Shown: piece after piece, positions 10,078 to 20,067 of the stretch
How the letters are laid out: each line of letters opens with the position of its first letter
How positions within the stretch are numbered: the first letter of the stretch is position 1
From: a virus
Taxonomy: Duplodnaviria; Heunggongvirae; Uroviricota; Caudoviricetes
IMG/VR virus record: IMGVR_UViG_3300032322_002674
Coordinates: 45,458-109,457 of that record
Length of the DNA stretch: 64,000 nucleotides
Reading direction: 5' to 3' (one strand)
Notes under the pieces: generated by a model
Databases searched by the model: none
What the model saw: only the letters and a program-made list of their open reading frames with translations
What the model was told of the DNA's origin: nothing
Translations under genes and position numbers: made by a program

Positions 10078-11208
10078 TTAATCCAATTTATAATTTAAAT
10101 CATTTTTAAAATTACCACCCAAATTTCTTAAAATAGTGTCAAGAATTCTTATTAATCTTGATACATCTTTTAAAGAACATGTTTCCTGTGTGGAATGCAT
10201 ATACTTTATTGGAATTTGGAATAATCCTGTTAATGGAGACCACATAGAAAAAACATCTGCATCAGTACCAGTAACTTTTCCTTTTGCTCTTATTTGATAA
10301 GGAATTGTTCTTGTTTTCTTTTGGTTATCAGTAGATTTAATAGGTATTTGAATAGATTCAATTTGTTGAATAACAAAATTAAATAAATTCTGATTAATTG
10401 CAGGTGCAGTTAATACCAAAGGACCTAACCCACTCATGAATTGTTGTTTTTGTCCAGTAATTCCAGGTGATGTTGTATCATGTCCAACATCCAAAACAAA
10501 TGTTAAATCAGGTTTAATCAATCTTGCCATTAATTCTGCACCCCTTTTACCAACTTCTTCTTGTACACAATTAACCAAATAAAGGTCAAAAGGTAATTCA
10601 ACATCTTGAAGTTTCTTTAAGAGTTCTACCAAAACAAAACCAGATATTTTATTGTCTAATCCTTTTGCCACCAAATATTCTTCATTTAAAATTTGAATAT
10701 TTTGTTTAAAAACAATTGGGTCACCAGGTTGAACCATTTTCTCAACCAATTTCTTATCATAGATACCTAAATCAATATAAATGTCTTTAATAGAAGTTCC
10801 CGATTTTTTTGATTCTGCGGTTTTAAAATGTGGTGCAACTGTTGTAGTAATACCATTTATAATATCACCGTTTCTATTTAAAATTTGTACTTGTTTTCCT
10901 TGACAAATATTTGGGTCAATTCCACCGTTTTCAAAAACAGAAATATAACCACCTGAATTAACACTTTCAACTGTCATACCAATTTCATCAACATGAGCAG
11001 TAATTGCAACCTTTAAAGGATTTTCAACTTTTGATTTTTTATATAAAAAACCTGATTGTGAATGGTCAAGATGATATAAATCACCTTCATTAAGGAATTT
11101 TCTTCCATAGTTTAACCATTTTTTTTGACCAAGAATTTCAAATCCTGCAGGAGTGGGAGTTTGCAGGTATTCCAATAGGAATTCCATGTTGTATTTAAAG
11201 TTATTCAT
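10078..11208 (-). CDS. M42-family metallo-aminopeptidase
   Basis: Metal-ligand motifs TAHVDEIG, GLDNKISG, VQEEVGKRGA, LDVGHD, KYMHS. Confidence 0.9.
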   Translation of the reverse strand: MNNFKYNMEFLLEYLQTPTPAGFEILGQKKWLNYGRKFLNEGDLYHLDHSQSGFLYKKSKVENPLKVAITAHVDEIGMTVESVNSGGYISVFENGGIDPNICQGKQVQILNRNGDIINGITTTVAPHFKTAESKKSGTSIKDIYIDLGIYDKKLVEKMVQPGDPIVFKQNIQILNEEYLVAKGLDNKISGFVLVELLKKLQDVELPFDLYLVNCVQEEVGKRGAELMARLIKPDLTFVLDVGHDTTSPGITGQKQQFMSGLGPLVLTAPAINQNLFNFVIQQIESIQIPIKSTDNQKKTRTIPYQIRAKGKVTGTDADVFSMWSPLTGLFQIPIKYMHSTQETCSLKDVSRLIRILDTILRNLGGNFKNDLNYKLD

Positions 11209-11212
11209 AAAA

Positions 11213-11244
11213 CAAAGATAAAATTTATTTTTTTATTTTTCAAA
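11213..11244 (-). promoter_or_regulatory. Bacteroidetes sigma-A-type promoter (TTTG-N20-TATCTTTG)
   Basis: Minus strand TTTG (11244-11241), 20-nt spacer, TATCTTTG (11220-11213), 4 nt before the M42 ATG; a second TATTTTTG box at 11301-11294. Confidence 0.75.
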
Positions 11245-11350
11245 TGCAAATTTATTTAAAATATTTATTCTTTTTACATTCTTCTTCATAAAACAAAAAT
11301 ACTAATTTTTTCATAAAATCTTAATGCAATTATTTATTTAATAATAAATT

Positions 11351-14300
11351 ATGAATTCAATTAATCCAAATAGTATTTACGAAGAAGGTATCCCACTACC
11401 AGAAAATTATATAATATATGCGAATTTAGAAGTAAAACTAACTAAACGTAGTATTTTAGTGAGTGATGGTGATGGTAATTTTTCTTCATCACAAAGAACA
11501 TTTAATATTTCTTTTTTGAATAGTGATTTATCAAAAAATGAACAAACAACAAATTGGACAAATGAATTAATAAATAATGAAAAGGTTAATGATGAAACTT
11601 TTGGTATGACAGATATTCAAATTAAATTTGACAAAAATAATATACCAAGAGTTACAATACAATTTGTGGATATAAGGGGTGCATCATTAATTGGTCAGGG
11701 AAATAATTCACCATATAATGCATTTTTTAGTTTACCATATCCAGAATTTTTATTAACAATTAAGGGTTATTATGGTAAACCTGTAACTTATTCACTTTCT
11801 TTGTTGGATTTTTCATCACGGTATAATTCACAAAATGGTAATTTTGAAATTACTTGTGAATTTGTTGGTTTTACTTATGCAAAATTAACTGATATTCCTG
11901 CTGCATATATTTTATATGCAAAAGATATAAATGGACAACCAAAATTGGATGAAAATGGGGAAGAATTACCTTATTTAAGGGATTTTATTGAAAATATTGG
12001 TACTTTAAATGAACAAATTGATACCTTAAAAAATGATGAAACCACAAAAGAAATAGAAAATTTAAGACCAATCTTAGATAGAATAGTAAATTGGAAAGGT
12101 GAATATGAAAGGGGTTGGAGAAATCGAGATTTTTATTCTAATGAAACATATATTAAAGGTAATGAATTTTGGAAAGATTTAAAAATACTTAATGAATATG
12201 GTATTGAATTTCCTTATACGAAAGAAAATTTTTCATTAAGAAAAAATAGACCTTATACAACAAAACAAGAATTACCACCTTATGCATTTTATCAGAACAC
12301 AAAAATAACTTATATATCAGGTGGTATTACAATACCTTATCTTAGTATAGAATTACAAAATCAATTTACAACAGAAACTTTTGAAATATTTAAAGATGAA
12401 AAATTTGGGGAAGTTACAAAATCTTTTCAAAAATTAATTGATGATATTAATATAAAATTAAACAACAATAAAGATATTATTGCAGATAAAATAAATAATT
12501 TGGCAAAAAAAACATTAGGTAGAATACCAACAATAAAATATGTTTTTGATATTATTTTAAGTGATACAGAAATTTTTTTAAATAAACTTAGAGAAGTTGC
12601 AATTAGTGCAGAAAAAGAAAATCAAAGTAGATTAGAAATTTTTAGTGGTGTAGATTCTGATATTCCAGAAACAAAAAAAAATAAAAATGTTTTTCCTTTT
12701 CCAGCATATTATATAAAAGATGAACAAAATAATGAATATAAACATGAATATTTGGGTAACAATGATAAAGTAAAACAAAATAGAAATTTTTTTCCTGAAT
12801 TAGATTTTACTGAAAGATTTATTATTTTTCAAAAAAATTTTGAAAATACACAAAGACAAAATAATTTACTTAATCCTGAAAGTGGTTGGTTTCCAATATC
12901 TCCTTTAGAAAGTGTTTATTATTTTAATGGAAATAATCCTTTATCACCTTACTCAAATATTACAAATGTAAATGAACTTTTGGATAAAATAATTGATAGA
13001 TATGTTATTTTATTATCATCATTTTTATCAAATGAAGGTAATGATAGAGATAATTTAAAAAACGAACTTGAAATACAACTTGCCAAAATAGAATTAAGTA
13101 ATTTGTTACTTTCTTTTCCTGAAAATAGTAATGAATTTAAAACATTACTTAAAAATATAAAAACTAATGGATTTTATTCTAAAATAATAGAAAGAATAAA
13201 ATTAAGACAGGTAATTAATTATAATGGTACAGATTATTTTGTTAATATAAATCCACCTATAATTGGTAATTTAGTATTAGATGATAATATTGAATCTAAA
13301 ATATTAAATTTAGATAATGAAAGTGTTAGTTCTAATATTACAGATAATAATTTAAATAGTTTAATAAGTCAAAATTTAAATATTTTTAAAAATAATTTTG
13401 TAAGTCCTGATAGAAATATTGTAATTGATGACAAAAGTAAATTACCAAGATTATTATTAGATTATAAAAATTTTATACAAAAACCATCATTAATAAATGA
13501 AGGTAAAAGTACTTTTGATGATAATTTAAATCCATTAAATCTTGAAGAAATTAATATTAAAAAAGATTTTTACAATTCTGTAATAGAACTTGAGAATTTA
13601 TATGGGGTTAATGGGGGAACATCAATTTATTTTTTAAATAATATTTACAAAATAAATTGGGAAGAAATTACAAATATATTAACTAACTTCGCTGGGGTTA
13701 TTGAATTACCTTATTTTACAGTATTGCAAATAGGTTCCATTTTATGGGATAATTTCAATAATAATAATTTCAATATTAATAATATAGAAAATTTATTTGA
13801 TATTAGTTATAATGCAATTATAAATGATTTATCATTTTACATAAACAATAGGGAAGTTTTTATTAATGAATTTTTAAATTTTGATTTTAATGAAATATTT
13901 ACTGAATTTTTTACAACACAAGGAATTGATGATAATAATTCAGATTTTTTATTTTTTAATAAAAATCAATTAATAAAATTTAAAAATTTCTTAAAAGAAA
14001 AAAGAATATTAATAAATCCATCATACAGATTATGGAAAAATCCTAATACTGAATTAGGTTATTATTCTAATAATGTTTCATTTTTATATCAACCGTTAAT
14101 TTATAATAGAACAAACGAAAGTTTTGAAATAGAAGATATATTAAAAAATGCTGGTGAAATTTTCTTTAGAACTTTTGAAAGTGAATTGAAAACAAAAATT
14201 GATACAATTGAAAAGGAACAAAAATCTAATTTTAATGAATTATTAAAAGAATTTAATGATTATAAATTGGAAACTTATAACTCATTTAAATCATTATATG

Positions 14301-15232
14301 ATAGATGGATTGCGAATACAAGTTCTGATTTTAATTTAAGGAAAGACTTTATTTATATAAATCGGTTTTATAAAGATATTGGTGATATTTTGGTTATAAA
14401 TCCACAAAGTTTAACAAATTTATTTGATAATCCAAAAACACCACTTTATTCAATTATATCCAATTTATTATCAGAAAACAAATTGGATTTTCATCCTTTA
14501 CCTGCATTTATAAATAATTTTAATCCAGAAAATGATAAACTGGCAAAAGAAATGTTTGGTCAATATAACACAATAGAAAATGTAATAACTGAACCAAAGT
14601 TTATTTGCATGTATGTTGGTGGAACTTCAAAATATATTATTAATGATAAAGTTGGTAATGTATTCGGTGATTTTTTAAATGATAGTCCAGATAAAATAAC
14701 CCCTAAAGATTATAATGATGAAATTGAAGTTATAAATTATAAACCATTTTCATTTGATGTAGAAATAGGTTCACAAACACAATCACATTTTAAGGATTTA
14801 CAGTTTGACCAAAAACAATTTAAAGTAACAAATGAATCTTTGCAAGCACAAGAAAATATTGCAAATTCATCAAATACAAGAAAAGGTTTATTAACAAGTC
14901 AATCATTATATTCAGTTTATTTACAATATTCTTATTCTTGTACTGTTACTGGATTAGGTAATGCATTAATACAACCATTACTTTATTTTAGAATTCCTAA
15001 TATTCCATTAATAAATGGTTATTATTTAATTATTAATGTAGAACATTCAATTACACCAAATTTTATGGAAACAAAATTCACTGGTGTAAGAATTAGTAAT
15101 GCAACAATACCTATTGTAAAAAGTTATTTTGAAACATTAGGTATAAGTGATTCAAGTGGTAGCAATCAAGATAACGTAAACCCAACAGAAAATGGTTGGA
15201 TAAAACAATTAAAAGAATTAAATATAGTATGA
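11351..15232 (+). CDS. Large baseplate hub-like structural protein
   Basis: FGMTDIQIKFD...PRVTIQFVDIRG...PYPEFLLTIKGYYGKPV at the N-terminus; GNALIQPLLYF...GYYLIINVEHSITP at the C-terminus (hub-like); followed by an amidase. Confidence 0.6.
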   Translation: MNSINPNSIYEEGIPLPENYIIYANLEVKLTKRSILVSDGDGNFSSSQRTFNISFLNSDLSKNEQTTNWTNELINNEKVNDETFGMTDIQIKFDKNNIPRVTIQFVDIRGASLIGQGNNSPYNAFFSLPYPEFLLTIKGYYGKPVTYSLSLLDFSSRYNSQNGNFEITCEFVGFTYAKLTDIPAAYILYAKDINGQPKLDENGEELPYLRDFIENIGTLNEQIDTLKNDETTKEIENLRPILDRIVNWKGEYERGWRNRDFYSNETYIKGNEFWKDLKILNEYGIEFPYTKENFSLRKNRPYTTKQELPPYAFYQNTKITYISGGITIPYLSIELQNQFTTETFEIFKDEKFGEVTKSFQKLIDDINIKLNNNKDIIADKINNLAKKTLGRIPTIKYVFDIILSDTEIFLNKLREVAISAEKENQSRLEIFSGVDSDIPETKKNKNVFPFPAYYIKDEQNNEYKHEYLGNNDKVKQNRNFFPELDFTERFIIFQKNFENTQRQNNLLNPESGWFPISPLESVYYFNGNNPLSPYSNITNVNELLDKIIDRYVILLSSFLSNEGNDRDNLKNELEIQLAKIELSNLLLSFPENSNEFKTLLKNIKTNGFYSKIIERIKLRQVINYNGTDYFVNINPPIIGNLVLDDNIESKILNLDNESVSSNITDNNLNSLISQNLNIFKNNFVSPDRNIVIDDKSKLPRLLLDYKNFIQKPSLINEGKSTFDDNLNPLNLEEINIKKDFYNSVIELENLYGVNGGTSIYFLNNIYKINWEEITNILTNFAGVIELPYFTVLQIGSILWDNFNNNNFNINNIENLFDISYNAIINDLSFYINNREVFINEFLNFDFNEIFTEFFTTQGIDDNNSDFLFFNKNQLIKFKNFLKEKRILINPSYRLWKNPNTELGYYSNNVSFLYQPLIYNRTNESFEIEDILKNAGEIFFRTFESELKTKIDTIEKEQKSNFNELLKEFNDYKLETYNSFKSLYDRWIANTSSDFNLRKDFIYINRFYKDIGDILVINPQSLTNLFDNPKTPLYSIISNLLSENKLDFHPLPAFINNFNPENDKLAKEMFGQYNTIENVITEPKFICMYVGGTSKYIINDKVGNVFGDFLNDSPDKITPKDYNDEIEVINYKPFSFDVEIGSQTQSHFKDLQFDQKQFKVTNESLQAQENIANSSNTRKGLLTSQSLYSVYLQYSYSCTVTGLGNALIQPLLYFRIPNIPLINGYYLIINVEHSITPNFMETKFTGVRISNATIPIVKSYFETLGISDSSGSNQDNVNPTENGWIKQLKELNIV

Positions 15233-16203
15233 GTTTAATACAAGGATTTCAATATTCTTTAATAGATATAAATAACAATCCAATTGGTGCAAGTGGACAA
15301 CCAAATGAAAATTTTGGTAGATTATCACCAAGATTTGTGGTATTACATTCAACAGGAGGACCCAATTTTAATACAAACTTGGATTTACTAACATCAAAAA
15401 AATTACCACCAAAATCAAACACTTATGTTTGTGCTCATTATTTAATTGGTAATAAAGATAAAGAAAATGGTTTAATATTTCAATTGTTGGATGAAAGATT
15501 AAAAGGTGTACATGCAAATAATTTAAATGATTTATCAATTGGTATTGAATTAGTTGATAAATTTTATAATAGTTTACCCAATTATGAACCCTTTATTAAT
15601 GATAATAGGGTTGGGGAATGGTTAACACCAGAAGAATATTTATCATGTTTAATATTATGTACAGATTTATCAATTAGATTAGGAATTCCAAGAAAGTATA
15701 TTTCTTTATATGAAATAAAAAATAATACAAATATTGTATCACCAAACCCCATCTTTAATGTAAATGATAGAACAGTTTCAGGTAATGGGTCTAATGCAAT
15801 AGAAAAATTAAAAAAATCTAATTTAAGTGGTTTTATTTTTCATAAAGATTTTATAAGTACCAAAAGTGACCCAGTATTTTTTAATGGTGAAAAATTTATA
15901 AATGATTTAAATAAAACTTTTATTGTTACAGGTATTGGTTCTGCACCACAAAATTATTTAAACATTTTTAATGGTATAATTAATGGTAATATAACAGTTG
16001 ACCAAATAGGGGGTAATCAAACCTTTGAATTACTACCAAATGTAAATATAAAAGAAACTTTCAGAAAAGTTATATCTATTTTGAAAAATTCAAAAAAAGA
16101 AAGGGAAGAATTTGAAAAAACTTTAAAAGTAACTAATACTTTAACCAAACAACAACAAAAGAAAGTATATCCAGGAAGTAGTATAAATGATGGTTCTATT
16201 TAA
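15229..16203 (+). CDS. N-acetylmuramoyl-L-alanine amidase (Amidase_2), probably tail-associated
   Basis: VVLHST, AHYLI, VHANNLNDLSIGIEL, HKD...KSDP; likely true start is the ATG at 15229 (ATGA overlap with the hub gene). Confidence 0.85.
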   Translation: MSLIQGFQYSLIDINNNPIGASGQPNENFGRLSPRFVVLHSTGGPNFNTNLDLLTSKKLPPKSNTYVCAHYLIGNKDKENGLIFQLLDERLKGVHANNLNDLSIGIELVDKFYNSLPNYEPFINDNRVGEWLTPEEYLSCLILCTDLSIRLGIPRKYISLYEIKNNTNIVSPNPIFNVNDRTVSGNGSNAIEKLKKSNLSGFIFHKDFISTKSDPVFFNGEKFINDLNKTFIVTGIGSAPQNYLNIFNGIINGNITVDQIGGNQTFELLPNVNIKETFRKVISILKNSKKEREEFEKTLKVTNTLTKQQQKKVYPGSSINDGSI

Positions 16204-16513
16204 TTTTTAAAATCATTCTATAATAAAGTCCACAATCTTTTTGTTTGGTGAAACCAAAACTTTTATAAAGATTTTGGGCAATTATATTTTCTTTCATTAC
16301 CCCTAATTCTAAAACTTTTACTTCTTTCTTTTTTAAATCATTTACTAATAGTTTTAAAAATATTTTACTGTAACCTTTACCTCTGAATTTTTCATTAATT
16401 ATAAATTCCCATAAACTACTTTTTGTAGTTGTTTCTTCTTGAATGAAACAAGAACCTATATTTTCATTTTTATCAATTAAATGAAATTCACCATTATATT
16501 TTATTATCTCCAT
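16196..16513 (-). CDS. GNAT-family acetyltransferase
   Basis: FRGKGYS acetyl-CoA loop and ENIIAQNLYKSFGF. Confidence 0.85.
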   Translation of the reverse strand: MEIIKYNGEFHLIDKNENIGSCFIQEETTTKSSLWEFIINEKFRGKGYSKIFLKLLVNDLKKKEVKVLELGVMKENIIAQNLYKSFGFTKQKDCGLYYRMILKIK

Positions 16514-16645
16514 TTTATTACCATTTTAAACCCATTACATAAGAATAAGTATCGTATTTATTAATACCATAATTTTTAAACCCTAATTTACTGATTTCAT
16601 AAATTATATTTTACACAAAGTTACATATTTATTTATTAAAAACTA

Positions 16646-18688
16646 ATGCAAAATTCTTGTGGAATCCTTTTTATTTCAAAACCAACAAAAAAAATTGGTT
16701 TGGGTTTACGTGCAGATGGTAATAGTCCTAATACTTGGTCAACCATTGGTGGTGGAATTGAAGAAGGTGAATCTTTTTTGGAATGTCTAACAAGGGAAAT
16801 TAAAGAAGAATTGGGAATTGATTTAAACCCAAAATTAATTCCAATTGATGATAATGAAAATTATAAAACATTTATTTCTTTTGTTGATTCAGAATTCACA
16901 CCCACTCTTAATAAAGAACATTCAGATTTTAAATGGTTTGATTATTCTGAATTACCCAAAAATATCCATCCAGGACTTAACAAAACATTAACAAAACCAT
17001 TTGTTCAAAAAGTTTTAAATAAACATTTAAATGAAACCACAACTGATGCAAGTGGTAGTTTTGTGGGTACTTTAAATTCACCAATACATAGGGGTAATAT
17101 TGGGGATTATATAAAAGAGGATTTGGAGTTAAAATCCAGAGCAAAAGACCAAGAAAAACAAAGGGAAGAATATATTAAAGATTTAATAAATAAAGTGACA
17201 AAACCCCCTATAAGGGAAGTTAAATTGGAAGATTTACAGAAATTAAAAGAATGGGATATACAAAATGATACAAAATATATAAATGAATTTAATAATAGAC
17301 TTTTTGAATATTATTATGAAATTGAAAGTTATTTTGATAAAGGTGTTTTTATTTTAAAAAATGGTGAAAAATTTCAATTACAATACATAACCAATCATTT
17401 TTCTTTGGTTACACCTAAATTAAGGGATTATATTAAAGGAAATAAATGGCATGATATAGTGTACTTCTCAAACACAAAAGAAATGTTTGAAATATTGGAT
17501 AAAATAATGGAATCAGTAAATATGAAAGAAAACATAAGTATTAAAGAAAACATAAAAAATGATGGAAAAAATTATGATGTTATTCATGAAGATGATGATT
17601 TATTGGTTATAAATGTTAGAGATGCAAAAACTGCAAAATGTTTTAGTCAAAATACACAATGGTGTTCACAAAGTAATCCAGGTTTTAGAAATCATTATTT
17701 ATCAGAAGAGTTACAAAAAGAATATTTTAAAAATAAAGGTTTATTAAATGAAACAATTGTAAAAAATAATAATGAATATTGTTTAAAATCCAAAAAAGGA
17801 AAAAATTTGGGTTGTTACCCAACAAAATCTGGCGCAGAAAAAAGGGAAAGACAAGTACAATATTTTAAACACTTAAATGAATATCAGGTTTCACCTGGGG
17901 AAACAGTAGAATGGGATTTGGAAAATAATACCACCAAAATTAATCGTTTAGATGGTTCTATTGAATGGATTTTACAAAATGAACACCAAACCCTACCTTA
18001 CTTAGAAAAGTTGTTTAAAACATTAAATAAACAACAAATTATCGAATTCTCAAAAAGATTATATAATAAATTATCATCTGGTGGAAATAAAAGAAAAATC
18101 ATAATGATTGGTTTGGTTACTGCAATGATAAATTATGGTATATCAAAAGATGATATTCTTCATGAATTTAATAGTTCAGATATTGAACAACTTATTCAAA
18201 AAGATATTAAACCTAAAATAGAAAAACAATATAGGGGTGATATTAATGATTTTTTAAATCTTCTTGCATTTAAAGAAAGTTCTGGTAATTGGAAAAAAAT
18301 CAGATATTCTAAAAAAACTGGTAATCCTGTATATATTGGAAAATATCAATTTGGTAAAATTGCACTTGAAGATTTGGGTGTTAATCCTGATATTATTTTA
18401 CAATTTAAAGATAATCCTAATGTATTCCCACCAAAAATGCAAGATAATTTAGTTAAAAAATTATTAAATAAAAATAGAAAATACTTGGGTGATAATTATC
18501 TTTCTTATGATGGTAAAACTGTTGGTGGTATAAATGTTACTGAATCAGGTTTACTTGCAGCATCACATTTAAGGGGTGCTCTTGCAGTTAAGAAATTTAT
18601 TGATTCAAATGGTAAGATTGATTTATCTGATGCAAACGGAACAAAGGTTTCTGATTATATGAAATATTTTGGTGGATTTAATATTTAA
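16646..18688 (+). CDS. Multi-module polyprotein: NUDIX hydrolase + LKSRA-tagged module + lysozyme-like C-terminal domain
   Basis: GGGIEEGESFLECLTREIKEELG (Nudix box); LAFKESSG...IGKYQFG...AASHLRG (lysozyme/lytic transglycosylase-like); ATATTTAT at 16625-16632. Confidence 0.8.
   Translation: MQNSCGILFISKPTKKIGLGLRADGNSPNTWSTIGGGIEEGESFLECLTREIKEELGIDLNPKLIPIDDNENYKTFISFVDSEFTPTLNKEHSDFKWFDYSELPKNIHPGLNKTLTKPFVQKVLNKHLNETTTDASGSFVGTLNSPIHRGNIGDYIKEDLELKSRAKDQEKQREEYIKDLINKVTKPPIREVKLEDLQKLKEWDIQNDTKYINEFNNRLFEYYYEIESYFDKGVFILKNGEKFQLQYITNHFSLVTPKLRDYIKGNKWHDIVYFSNTKEMFEILDKIMESVNMKENISIKENIKNDGKNYDVIHEDDDLLVINVRDAKTAKCFSQNTQWCSQSNPGFRNHYLSEELQKEYFKNKGLLNETIVKNNNEYCLKSKKGKNLGCYPTKSGAEKRERQVQYFKHLNEYQVSPGETVEWDLENNTTKINRLDGSIEWILQNEHQTLPYLEKLFKTLNKQQIIEFSKRLYNKLSSGGNKRKIIMIGLVTAMINYGISKDDILHEFNSSDIEQLIQKDIKPKIEKQYRGDINDFLNLLAFKESSGNWKKIRYSKKTGNPVYIGKYQFGKIALEDLGVNPDIILQFKDNPNVFPPKMQDNLVKKLLNKNRKYLGDNYLSYDGKTVGGINVTESGLLAASHLRGALAVKKFIDSNGKIDLSDANGTKVSDYMKYFGGFNI
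17111..17179 (+). repeat. LKSRA peptide tag, copy 1 (IKE|DLELKSRAKDQEKQREEYIK)
   Basis: Direct translation. Confidence 0.9.
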
Positions 18689-18720
18689 TTAATTTGAAGA
18701 GTATAATAAATTATAGAAAT

Positions 18721-18882
18721 TTATCTTTGTGGTACTAATACCACTGGTTGGTTATTTTTACCTCTTGTCCACATTCTTAATGAATTAACAGTTAATTGAA
18801 TATCATTGGTTTTAATTAAACCTTCATCAATCAACATTTCTTGTATTAATTGTTTTTTATTTAATTCATAAAGGTTACTCAT
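18721..18882 (-). CDS. Small hypothetical protein (53 aa, MSNLYELNKK...; not in ORF track)
   Basis: ATGA overlap with the stop of 18879..19334; open to TAA at 18721. Confidence 0.5.
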   Translation of the reverse strand: MSNLYELNKKQLIQEMLIDEGLIKTNDIQLTVNSLRMWTRGKNNQPVVLVPQR

Positions 18883-19334
18883 TTCAAAATTTTATTAAAC
18901 ATATTATATAATTCAACAATTTTGTCAATATCATTTCTGCTAGTATCTTTTCCCAAAGAAAATAATTTTTTATAATTTTTTCTTTCCAAATCAAAATCCA
19001 TTTCTTTTTTATCATTAATATAAAATCTTTCATAAATTTCATACCAAAAATAATTGAATAAATCTGAATTAACCCCAAGTATTGTTATTTTTTCTTTTTC
19101 AAATTGTTTGCAAACTTTATTCCAACACCATTTAAAATGACCTTTGAAAATTTCATTTGAATTCATTACATCTTTACCCAAAAAAGTTTCATCCAATAAT
19201 TTTAATAAAGAATCAGTAAAATCTGATAAAATTTCAATTCTTTCACACTTCAAATTAAAATTTTTATAAAGTGAAAGAATTTGTTCTTCTTTTAGTGGAT
19301 GGGTTGCATTATAAAATTCCATTAGGTTTTTCAT
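18879..19334 (-). CDS. Hypothetical protein
   Basis: ATG ORF with ATATTTATA on the minus strand at 19342-19350. Confidence 0.7.
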   Translation of the reverse strand: MKNLMEFYNATHPLKEEQILSLYKNFNLKCERIEILSDFTDSLLKLLDETFLGKDVMNSNEIFKGHFKWCWNKVCKQFEKEKITILGVNSDLFNYFWYEIYERFYINDKKEMDFDLERKNYKKLFSLGKDTSRNDIDKIVELYNMFNKILK

Positions 19335-19380
19335 CTTTATTTATAAATATTAATGATAATATAATAAAGATTTTTGGAAA

Positions 19381-20067
19381 TTAAAGAAAATGTATTTTAT
19401 AATATATTCTTTTTATTTTATTTCTTTTATAATCATTTTTAACAATACCTTTCATTTTTCCCTCCATTAATCTTTTTTCTGGATTTGTCCAATATTCATG
19501 TGCATCTTCTAAAGTCATATCACCATTTATGTGTAATTTTTTGATTGAACTACCATAACGATTAGAAATATCTTTACGAATAAAAATATATGATTTAGGA
19601 TTTTCTACATTAAACATATCATATTTATCACTAAAAATTGTTTTAATTATTTCAGAAAATCTTTCATTACTATAAATTTTATCATTTCCATCAGTTTGAT
19701 GTGAGTATTTTAACATTGTTGGGTTATTTGTTTTAATAAAATCATTAATTATTTTTGGTGCAGTTGCAGTTACTTTTAACCAAGATTTAGATGTTTTTAA
19801 ATCATTATTCATATCTTTTAACCAACCCCAATGTATGTCAAAATAAAAATCAGGTATTTTACCTTCTAAGAAATAATTAAAATAAAAATGAATGTCATTT
19901 TCTCTACGAAAATAAAATTTAACTTTTATCCCATCTTCATTAATAATATATTCTGTATCTGAAATTTTTTTAATATTATTCAAAGGTGAATCAAATAATT
20001 CTTCATTTAAAACATTATATCTTTTAAATTCTTTTAATAATTGATTATAAATTTTTTGTTCTTTCAT
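19381..20067 (-). CDS. Unknown-domain protein (family A), paralog of 24316..24978
   Basis: KVTATAPKIINDFIKTNNPTMLKYSHQTDGNDKIY; N-terminal segment ending VLNE; ATATTTATA at 20072-20080. Confidence 0.7.
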   Translation of the reverse strand: MKEQKIYNQLLKEFKRYNVLNEELFDSPLNNIKKISDTEYIINEDGIKVKFYFRRENDIHFYFNYFLEGKIPDFYFDIHWGWLKDMNNDLKTSKSWLKVTATAPKIINDFIKTNNPTMLKYSHQTDGNDKIYSNERFSEIIKTIFSDKYDMFNVENPKSYIFIRKDISNRYGSSIKKLHINGDMTLEDAHEYWTNPEKRLMEGKMKGIVKNDYKRNKIKRIYYKIHFL

